This document shows, one piece after another, positions 27,038 through 35,463 of a stretch of DNA of 64,000 nt. The stretch is from contig OY969115.1 of assembly GCA_963698045.1 (NCBI GenBank), positions 843,467 to 907,466 on the forward strand. The letters run 5' to 3'. Position numbers and translations under genes: made by a program. Each line of letters opens with the position of its first letter. Position 1 is the first letter of the stretch. The notes beneath the pieces were generated by a model. The model was not told the origin of the DNA, ran no database searches, and worked only from the letters and a program-made list of their open reading frames with translations. This DNA comes from an uncultured bacterium. Its GTDB lineage: Bacteria; Babelota; Babeliae; Babelales; Vermiphilaceae.

Positions 27038-27793
27038 TTACTTCTTTGCGATTGCTGCTTTACGCAGTTCAGTCACTAAGGCTTCCAGGTTTACAATTCT
27101 AAATCCTTTATCAATCGCATTTACCCCTTTTTGATTCTTTGTTTCTTGCAATAATTTGTTTACCTGCCCATGCATTTGTAGCAATTCCTGTTGTGGTATA
27201 AGCTCAAGGAATAGGCCCCTTAAAGTCCAACCACCTTTTTCTAATGCTTTTTCCACTGAAGCTTTTTCTAACTGTTCATTTGGTATTATTCGCTTTCCTG
27301 GCTCAGAAGCATCAATTGTTGCTTTGCTGCGAATCGCTTTACCCAATCCAGCCCAAATACCACTCAAGTGGTTAACGCGAGCTATTTGAATAGTTAGAAC
27401 TATTGGATTTACACCTTGTTTCATCATGTTATCTTTAGCTTTAGTAGCGTCTTGCAGTAGATCATATACTCGCAATTGAAGCGTCATTAATTCTTCTTTT
27501 GGAATAACTGCAAAGAACAAACTTTCCGAAGTCCAACTTCTACTCGCTTCAAATACTTTTTCTAATTGCTTACTTCTATCATCCAGTAAGTTTCGCTTTA
27601 CTGGTTCAGGAATAATTACTGGAGCAGCTTGACTTACGCTGCCCATTGCTCCAACCATTTCACCAGCTTGGAGGCCGCTTAACCTACCGCCACCCACACG
27701 AGCAAATCCCCTCACATATTCACTTGCTTGTAAACTGGATGCAAATACAGTAACTAATGTCAAAGTTACTATTTTATTACACATATTCTTCAT
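27038..27793 (-). CDS. Secreted two-repeat protein, R family (251 aa, diverged paralog)
   Basis: Same signal peptide and same two-module layout as 26009..26758 and 29076..29819. Confidence 0.75.
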   Translation of the reverse strand: MKNMCNKIVTLTLVTVFASSLQASEYVRGFARVGGGRLSGLQAGEMVGAMGSVSQAAPVIIPEPVKRNLLDDRSKQLEKVFEASRSWTSESLFFAVIPKEELMTLQLRVYDLLQDATKAKDNMMKQGVNPIVLTIQIARVNHLSGIWAGLGKAIRSKATIDASEPGKRIIPNEQLEKASVEKALEKGGWTLRGLFLELIPQQELLQMHGQVNKLLQETKNQKGVNAIDKGFRIVNLEALVTELRKAAIAKK

Positions 27794-28136
27794 AAAATCA
27801 CTCCTTTTTTGGATTACAAATATACACTTTCAATAATGAGAGGCTATTCTTTACAGCCCCTCATTATTAGAATAAACAATTTCTATTAGAAATATCAAGA
27901 GTTTGGGAATAAATGCTCTTAAAGTAGCCATAGATCGCTCTTTAGCTTAAAAAGCCCGTATTTCGCGGAAATTCTTTAACGCAATACCCTGTTTCCGTTT
28001 ATATTTGCATCTCTATTTATGCCTTCCCATTCTACTCAAGACATATGATCAATCTTTTAAAAAACCTAAGATAAATGAGCAAAGGGCAAAAGAAAAAATC
28101 TTCTGCCCTTTCACCAAATTACTCATATTTACGTTT

Positions 28137-28815
28137 CTACATCTTCTCTACTGCCGAACCAGGTCCCGCTTGTGTTGGGTAATCTTGATTCTTAGGTTTT
28201 GCTTCTGCCTTAGCAGTTGCCTTACCCGTCACTATTTTATACGGTAGAGAATTCGCAAAATCAGGATATTGCGCACGTACACGATCCGCTGTTCCCTTTG
28301 TACTTGCGTCTCTATTTATTCCGTCCCACTCTAATTGTGGAATAAATACGTTGTAGTATTTTTCTATATTAGATTTATTCTCTGCAGATAGGTTTCCACC
28401 ATTTAATATTAGGAACATTCCTAAACCATCAACCACTTCATTTCTTTGAGCCTCAGTCAATACTTTTTCTCTGGATCGAATATCCGGCATAACGGTAACC
28501 TTTCCTTCCAATTGGCTTTTGGGAACAAGTGTAACTTTACCATCCACCGGTTTTAACCCAGACTCAAGATAAACTGGGTAATCGGTAATTGCATAATTAG
28601 TATCTGAATATACATCAGCAATTACTCGCATTATTACCAATGGTGAACCACCACCTAAGCCAGCCTGAAGTCTTGGAATTATGTTTTTATTCAATTCTAC
28701 AATTACACTGTCCGCAGAAAGACCAACCTTTTTAGAATAGTTATCAGCGATTAATTTTTGCAATTCTTCTAATCTGGGCAATTTTGCGCCAAGGGAATTG
28801 GTAGGTCATCATGAA
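28137..28815 (-). pseudogene. Chimeric remnant: first ~6 codons of a P1-like gene fused out of frame to the last ~650 nt of a P2-like gene
   Basis: 28137..~28791 is near-identical to 31123..~31777. 28797..28815 matches the P1 start (ATGATGACCTACCAATTCC). Reading from that ATG hits a stop after ~22 codons. Confidence 0.75.
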
Positions 28816-28967
28816 TTCTCCTTTTTTTGTTTAGTTATATATGAACTCATGTAAAACCTACTAAATAGTTAACTAATTAGTAAAAGGATAGTGCAGCGTA
28901 GCGGATCTTAGCCATGAATATGCAGAAAATAGGACGGGGTAAAAAATGGTAAGTGTGCATCCGCTTT

Positions 28968-28997
28968 AAAAAAAAGGCCCCGGTGTTATCCAGGGCG
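28968..28997 (-). terminator. Duplicate of the 25901..25931 terminator
   Basis: Same hairpin and U-run, inside duplicated segment X. Confidence 0.55.
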
Positions 28998-29075
28998 CTT
29001 TGTATACGGTAATGAATACTTTTACTTGCAAATAGAGAAGACAAATCCCTCTACTATAAGATCATTACTTGGTCA

Positions 29076-29819
29076 TTATCTTAGCTCGTGTGCTGCTTTA
29101 ACCAATTCATTCACGAAGGCTTCCAGTTTTACAATTCTAATTCTTTGAGCAATCGGATCTACACCTTTTTGATCCTTTGTTTCTTGCAATAGTTTATTTA
29201 CTTGCCCATGTAAGGTTAGTAATTCATCTTGTGGAATGAGAGCTAACAATAAACCTCTTGAAGTCCCGCGACTCTTTTCTAATGCTGATTTCACTGAAGC
29301 TTTTTCTAATTTGTTCTGACCACTTTGTAATATTCGCTTTCCTGGCTCAGAAGCATCAATCGTTGCTTTTCTGCCAATCGCCTTACCTAATTCAGCCCAA
29401 ACATCACTAAACTGTTTAATAAGATCTGCATTTACGCCTCTTTGATTCTTTATATTTTCATTCTGTTTAATTGCTTCTTGCAGTAGATCGTATACCAGCA
29501 ATTGAAGCGTCATTAATTCTTCTTTTGGTATAACTGCAAAGAACAAACTTTCCAGAGTCCAACTTCTACTCGCTTCAAATACTTTTTCTAATTGCTTACT
29601 TCTATCATCCAGTAAGTTTCGCTTTACTGGTTCAGGAATAATTACTGGACCAGCTTGACTTACGCTTCCCCTTAGTCCACCCCTTTCACCACCTTGGAGT
29701 CCGCTTAACCTACCGCCACCCACACGAGCAAATTCCCTCACATATTCACTTGCTTGTAAACTGGATGCAAATACAGTAACTAATGTCAAAGTTACTATTT
29801 TATTACACATATTCTTCAT
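29076..29819 (-). CDS. Secreted two-repeat protein, R family (247 aa)
   Basis: Nearly identical to 26009..26758, apart from a short patch after the signal peptide that resembles 27038..27793. Confidence 0.75.
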   Translation of the reverse strand: MKNMCNKIVTLTLVTVFASSLQASEYVREFARVGGGRLSGLQGGERGGLRGSVSQAGPVIIPEPVKRNLLDDRSKQLEKVFEASRSWTLESLFFAVIPKEELMTLQLLVYDLLQEAIKQNENIKNQRGVNADLIKQFSDVWAELGKAIGRKATIDASEPGKRILQSGQNKLEKASVKSALEKSRGTSRGLLLALIPQDELLTLHGQVNKLLQETKDQKGVDPIAQRIRIVKLEAFVNELVKAAHELR

Positions 29820-29947
29820 AAAAAAACACTCCTTAAGTAGTTTATTACATAAACTCTTCATAATATCTTCGTTTTTTTATCTACGTATACTGCTATTACA
29901 ACAAACAAGAGGAGAAAAATTTCTCCCCTTGCTTTAAAAATAATCAC

Positions 29948-30253
29948 TTACTTAGTGCCAGCTACTTTTTCTTCTTGATCAGCGATAGCCTTATCTACGG
30001 CTTCGTCATCTATTTGTAAATCGCGAATATATCTTACTGACATGTGTTTATCTTTTGCATTTTTTAACGCGTGTTTAATCTGTTGATGTTCTTTTTTTGC
30101 TTTGGCTAACTTCATTGGCGTAATTGGTCCTTTAAGCTTTAATGCATCACTTGTTGGATGTGATTGTAGTACGGTTCCTGTTGCTGAATTTATTTCGATC
30201 GTTCCAAGAGTTATAGCCAAGCTTAAAACAATTGCTAAATTAATTTTATTCAT
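29948..30253 (-). CDS. Small secreted hypothetical protein (101 aa)
   Basis: Signal peptide MNKINLAIVLSLAITLGTIEINSA. Charged helical C-terminus. A truncated copy lies at 26887..27019. Confidence 0.6.
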   Translation of the reverse strand: MNKINLAIVLSLAITLGTIEINSATGTVLQSHPTSDALKLKGPITPMKLAKAKKEHQQIKHALKNAKDKHMSVRYIRDLQIDDEAVDKAIADQEEKVAGTK

Positions 30254-30286
30254 GTTATTTCCTCTAAAATTATAGTTCCTAATAAA

Positions 30287-30754
30287 TTACGCAGCATTCA
30301 TTTGTAATGCACCATAATCTGTTCCAACACATGCGTCATTGTTATGAATATTTTCTAATCGCACGCCTTGCGACGCAGGAATAGTTTTTTCTTCCCCGTT
30401 ATCATAAACGGCTTTTACATATATACGATATTCATAACTTGATCTTCCTCCACCCCAATCAAAAGAATACGTTTTACCTATTGTTGATAGTGTGTCACTT
30501 CCGCGGAAGGTTTCAGTACGCTCACTACTCCAAAGTGATTCAACACTTAAATACGCTTCTAGTTTTATACTTTTTACACGTTCTGCAAGTATGGGAACAA
30601 TTTTGACAGAACCACATAAACTACCTTGAGCAACAAGCTGTATATACTCTCTTCCAGATTCGTCGGTCGAAAACTTTGGATCAACCGAACGAGCTTGAAT
30701 TAAAGCGCCTGAGGTGATGCATAACAATGCACCTAAACGTAAAATATTCTTCAT
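30287..30754 (-). CDS. Small secreted hypothetical protein (155 aa)
   Basis: Signal peptide MKNILRLGALLCITSGALIQA. Beta-rich composition. Immediately downstream of P2. Confidence 0.6.
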   Translation of the reverse strand: MKNILRLGALLCITSGALIQARSVDPKFSTDESGREYIQLVAQGSLCGSVKIVPILAERVKSIKLEAYLSVESLWSSERTETFRGSDTLSTIGKTYSFDWGGGRSSYEYRIYVKAVYDNGEEKTIPASQGVRLENIHNNDACVGTDYGALQMNAA

Positions 30755-31122
30755 AAACCCTACTCCTTCTATGGTTTAATGAAATTATTAATATATATTT
30801 ATCCTGATCATACCCCCAACCTACAAGAGGTCATTCTCCTAACCCCTCGTTATTATAATAAATAATTTCTATTAGAAATATCAAGGGTTTGGGAATAAAT
30901 GCTCTTAAAGTAGCCATAGATCGCTCTTTAGCTTAAAAAAACCGTATTTCGCGGAAATTCTTTAAAGCAATACCCTGTTTCTGTTTATATTTGCATCTCT
31001 ATTTATGCCGTCCCATTCTACTTAAGACATATGATCAATCTTTTAAAAAACCTAAGATAAATGAGCAAAGAGCAAAAGATTTTTTCTTCTGCCCTTTCAC
31101 CAAATTACTCATATTTACGTTT

Positions 31123-34100
31123 CTACATCTTCTCTACTGCCGAACCAGGTCCCGCTTGTGTTGGATAATCTTGATTCTTAGGTTTTGCTACTTCTGGCTT
31201 AGCCATTGCCTTACCCGCCACTATTTTATATGGTTGAGAATTCGCAAAATCAGGGTACAGTCCACGCACACGATCCGCTGTTCCCTTTGTACTTGCGTCT
31301 CTATTTATTCCGTCCCACTCTAATTGTGGAATAAATACGTTGTAGTATTTTTCTATATTAGATTTATTCTCTGCAGATAGGTTTCCACCATTTAATATTA
31401 GGAACATTCCTAAACCATCAACCACTTCATTTCTTTGAGCCTCAGTCAGTACTTTTTCTCTGGATCGAATATCCGGCATAACGGTAACCTTTCCTTCCAA
31501 TTGGCTTTTGGGAACAAGTGTAACTTTACCATCCACTGGTTTTAACCCAGATTCAAGATAAACTGGGTAATCGGTAATTGCATAATTAGTATCTGAATAT
31601 ACATCAGCAATTACTCGCATTATTACCAATGGTGAACCACCACCTAAGCCAGCCTGAAGTCTTGGAATTATGTTTTTATTCAATTCTACAATTACACTGT
31701 CCGCAGAAAGACCAACCTTTTTAGAATAGTTATCAGCGATTAATTTTTGCAATTCTTCTAATCTTGGCAATTTTGCGCCATCAGCAACGCGTTGCAATGT
31801 TGTCAATACTCTTGCTTTAGCAGTTTCAGAAAGATTCTCTGCTGCAACCAGATCTGCTAGCCATTCATTAAATGGTTTTAATGATGCTTCTTTTTTAGCA
31901 CGTTTAGCTTCAGGTTCATTCATTATGCGATCGCGTTTTTGTTTTTCCATTCGTACTTGAGGAGCTAGTTTTTCAATTACGGTTTCTTCTTTAAAGCGCG
32001 CTCTCATATCTGTTGCTGATTGTCTAGAAACCGCTTCTTGCGCAACCATTGCATCATATTGTTCTTGAGTCAATGGGATATTAAGCACCAATTCAATTGC
32101 TTGCTTATCAATTGGTTTTCTAAGCAACTTTCTTAATTTGATTGCGTCTGCGCCCTTAAATCTTAAATTGGTTTCAGCAAGTACTTTTTGCGCGGCTATA
32201 TATTCTGCTGACGGTGGCGTTTCTGTTGCTGGTGCTTCACCAAATACTTTACCAGCAAGATCCTTTCTACCTTCTTCTTTTAAGGCTTTTGCAGCAAGAT
32301 CTTTCGCAAAGTTCAACAACGGATCTTTAATCTTATTCCAGATTTGTTCTGCAACATTTTTAATTGAATCTCCAACACTTTTAAAGTTAAATGATACGTC
32401 ATCAAACTTAAGCGGTATAATTCCGATATCTTTAGAGATAGCAGTAAGATCTATTTCTGCGTCCAGAGAAAGTGCTGGGCTTTGGCCTTCTTTTAACTTC
32501 TTGCCATCATAGACAACCTTACCGGACCTAACTTTGAATATTTTTAATGCACCGGCAATTACTTTGCTAATAAGGCCAATAGTGTCATTAATTACTTCGC
32601 TAAATTTCTCATCTACTTTCTCTTTTTCATACCAATCATCAACCTTGGTAACTGCAGATAACATTGCATCTGTTATTTTTTCCAAGATTAATGAATTTGC
32701 GGCCTCTAGTGAGCTTTTCAGCTCTAATACGTTTGCGCCAACAACTACTTTACATGCAGGCAATTCTTGATCCAAAATATACATAGCACCGGCGGCCAAT
32801 GCTGGGTTAGCCCAAGCAGCACCTATAGTTGCCCGTTCTATCCAAGAAAGATTATTGTATTGTTTTTTACAATCAACAAGGGCACGGTTAGCTTGTTCAT
32901 GACGCTTGTTAGCTTCTACCGCTGCAACATATTCCATATAAGCGTTAGCTTTTTTTGCTTTTTCCAATTCTGATTTAGCTGCATTAAGTAGCTGTTCAAT
33001 TTCCACTTTTACCTTTGTCTTACCCCAATCTTCCACTGCCTTAATAAGTGCATCTTGGAACTTTTGTTGAAATTTCATCATGACATACAGTTCATCTATC
33101 TTTTTAGGATTTATTTTAAGTTCAACGTCTGCATTAAACAGATCACTAATCGCAAATTCAAAGTCACCGTTAAAGCCGTCGTTGTTAATACCCAATTTTG
33201 CTTTCATAGAAAGATCAATTGCAGGTATTGCAACTTGACCGTCAAACTTAAATTCATCTTTAGAAACGTCGTTAAAATCTAAGAATAATCTCCCATTCAA
33301 TGGACCAGTTCCTGCGAAGTCAGAAATGTTTACAATTGGGGTGTTATTAATTTTTATTTTAACGGGACCAAGCTTACCATCAGGAAGCATTTGACCCAGA
33401 GATACTGCACCATCAAATTTTTTCTCATCAGTATCTAACATAGCCGCTATTTTGGCTTGGTAATCGTATATTACCGCATCTAACAACAGGTTAAACCCTT
33501 GTTTGTAGCTAGTATTACCAATGGCACCAGGACTTGTTGCAAATGCCAATCCACTGTTCTTTTTGATTAATATTTCTGGTAAATCTGTTGCCTGAATACT
33601 CTTTTTAAATACCTCTCTGCCTATCCACGCAATAAGTTCATCAATATGCATATCATTGTCTAAGTTACCGGCAAATCCAAATAATGGTGGTACCAGAGTA
33701 GTATCTATGTCACCATTAAGACTTATTTTAAATTCGTCATTGGTACCTAATGCGAGCGTTCCGGCAAATCCTAATTGGGTAAAGGGAACACCCGCTGTTG
33801 CAGCAACAAGCAGCGCCGTCTCATTAGTACTTTGACCAATAGTGAATCGCAAGTTTCCAATTCCTAACCAGTCAAGACCAAATGCAGGATCCCACATGCC
33901 ATCCATCATTGCTTGGAACTTCCATCCCTCTTTACCTAATTCACCCTCTGCGGCAAAATTAAGCGCTGGCTGTTTTGGATTAAGCATTTCTAAAGTAGCT
34001 TTTGCCCCTAGTGCTAATTGACCATTAGCGGGAGTTACCTTTAAGAATAAATCACCAAAATTAAATGATTTTAAATTAAGTTTTGTACTTAAGGAATTAT

Positions 34101-34962
34101 CTTTAAGCTTAGTAAAGTCAACCCCAAAACGCACTGCTAATGCAGCAGATATTGTAACTTTAGAGAGTGACATATTTTCTAACGGAGTCTGCACTGCCAA
34201 ATTAATAGAATCACCAGTAGCGGTAGCCGCTTGGCCTGTGACGCTATTCAAAAAATTTTGCAGGTATTGGAACGCACCAGTTAATGGAACAGTTGCAATA
34301 ATATTAATACCAGGCTTAATTTCTACTGTTTGATTAGTAGAAGTCTGATATTTAAATACATCAGATCCCGCTATTTTATCGTCAGCAAAGTTTTGGGTAA
34401 CTACAATACGAATGCCCGGCATTTGGAAATTTTTTAATGCATCCGGTGCAGAAATACCCATTGCAGTGACTAAATCATAAATAGTAGGTTGCGTTCCACT
34501 AGTGCCCAACTCTATACCAAAGCCACGGAACTTAATCCCGGACACATTACCGGCAGCATTTTTTGTTTCTAACGTAAAAAATTCACCACCAAATGTTTGT
34601 CCCGCAAACTCAACGGCACCACGTAAGATATAACCTTGCGCCATATTCCTAGGTAGTTCAGCAAACTTAACTAGATTAGGGTTAACCAATTTTATTGAAG
34701 GACTATCAAGAATAGTGATAGTTTGAGCGGGAATTTTTCCCACTACCTCAAATCCCAAATTATCTAACAATGAAGGTGTTTCTGCTTTAGGATTTGCTTT
34801 CCATTGGTTAAACGTATCTGTTACCAATGATTTAAGATCGGTAATCTTTTTCTTTATCTCTGCTACATCAATAGCTTGCAACGAACTACTTGCTGTAGTT
34901 AGTATAAGCAGCGCGCTCAACAGTACGTTGCGCAGTACGCTCATATTTTTATATATCTTCAT
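31123..34962 (-). CDS. Giant secreted protein family, member P2 (~1279 aa)
   Basis: ATG at 34962 (AAGGGA RBS). Signal peptide ending SSSLQA. Closely similar to P3 over the full length. N-terminal module shared with P1. Confidence 0.85.
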   Translation of the reverse strand: MKIYKNMSVLRNVLLSALLILTTASSSLQAIDVAEIKKKITDLKSLVTDTFNQWKANPKAETPSLLDNLGFEVVGKIPAQTITILDSPSIKLVNPNLVKFAELPRNMAQGYILRGAVEFAGQTFGGEFFTLETKNAAGNVSGIKFRGFGIELGTSGTQPTIYDLVTAMGISAPDALKNFQMPGIRIVVTQNFADDKIAGSDVFKYQTSTNQTVEIKPGINIIATVPLTGAFQYLQNFLNSVTGQAATATGDSINLAVQTPLENMSLSKVTISAALAVRFGVDFTKLKDNSLSTKLNLKSFNFGDLFLKVTPANGQLALGAKATLEMLNPKQPALNFAAEGELGKEGWKFQAMMDGMWDPAFGLDWLGIGNLRFTIGQSTNETALLVAATAGVPFTQLGFAGTLALGTNDEFKISLNGDIDTTLVPPLFGFAGNLDNDMHIDELIAWIGREVFKKSIQATDLPEILIKKNSGLAFATSPGAIGNTSYKQGFNLLLDAVIYDYQAKIAAMLDTDEKKFDGAVSLGQMLPDGKLGPVKIKINNTPIVNISDFAGTGPLNGRLFLDFNDVSKDEFKFDGQVAIPAIDLSMKAKLGINNDGFNGDFEFAISDLFNADVELKINPKKIDELYVMMKFQQKFQDALIKAVEDWGKTKVKVEIEQLLNAAKSELEKAKKANAYMEYVAAVEANKRHEQANRALVDCKKQYNNLSWIERATIGAAWANPALAAGAMYILDQELPACKVVVGANVLELKSSLEAANSLILEKITDAMLSAVTKVDDWYEKEKVDEKFSEVINDTIGLISKVIAGALKIFKVRSGKVVYDGKKLKEGQSPALSLDAEIDLTAISKDIGIIPLKFDDVSFNFKSVGDSIKNVAEQIWNKIKDPLLNFAKDLAAKALKEEGRKDLAGKVFGEAPATETPPSAEYIAAQKVLAETNLRFKGADAIKLRKLLRKPIDKQAIELVLNIPLTQEQYDAMVAQEAVSRQSATDMRARFKEETVIEKLAPQVRMEKQKRDRIMNEPEAKRAKKEASLKPFNEWLADLVAAENLSETAKARVLTTLQRVADGAKLPRLEELQKLIADNYSKKVGLSADSVIVELNKNIIPRLQAGLGGGSPLVIMRVIADVYSDTNYAITDYPVYLESGLKPVDGKVTLVPKSQLEGKVTVMPDIRSREKVLTEAQRNEVVDGLGMFLILNGGNLSAENKSNIEKYYNVFIPQLEWDGINRDASTKGTADRVRGLYPDFANSQPYKIVAGKAMAKPEVAKPKNQDYPTQAGPGSAVEKM

Positions 34963-35220
34963 ACCCATTTCCCTTTTACAGAGAATTAATACCTTCTATG
35001 AATCACTCCTTGTGACTCCTAATACCAGGGTACAATATTACAAATAGAAATATCAACAATCAAAAATATATAGGTAAAAAAATGCCCCTTTTAAAGGGAA
35101 AAAGCATGATATTGCTCAGGTTAATTACCTTTTAGCCAAGAATCTTTTTTAGGCAATTGCAAATAAAAAGACCCCAAGATATTTTCCTGGGACCTACTTT
35201 TGGGTCTATTATGTTATTTT

Positions 35221-35345
35221 GTTACTTTACCTGTAACTATTTTATATAATTGAGAATTCTCAAAATCAGGGTATAGTCCACGCACACGATCCGTTGTGGC
35301 ATTGGTATTGGCATCTCTATTTTATTATGCCGTCCCATTCTCCTT
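35221..35345 (-). pseudogene. Vestigial 3' end of another giant-gene copy
   Basis: Degenerate match to 35534..35662 (the P3 3' coding end), no open frame. Lies between the P3 terminator and the P2 promoter region. Confidence 0.55.
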
Positions 35346-35403
35346 AAGAAAATATGATCATCTTATCCTTAAAAAAACCTAAGGGTTAGGGTTAAATGTA
35401 ATG

Positions 35404-35436
35404 GTAAAAAGGGCAGAAGATTTTTTCTTCTGCCCT
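35404..35436 (-). terminator. Rho-independent terminator after P3
   Basis: Perfect 9-bp stem GGGCAGAAG / CTTCTGCCC followed by UUUUU on the minus strand. Confidence 0.7.
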
Positions 35437-35463
35437 TTTACCAAATTACTCATATTTACGTGA

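Noticed and set aside
28005-28247. ORFs 28005..28247 and 30991..31323 (+), near-identical 80-110-aa reading frames
   Set aside because: They run antisense across the 3' end and downstream spacer of the giant-gene copies. They are identical only because the DNA is duplicated. They have no RBS and a hydrophobic junk-like composition.
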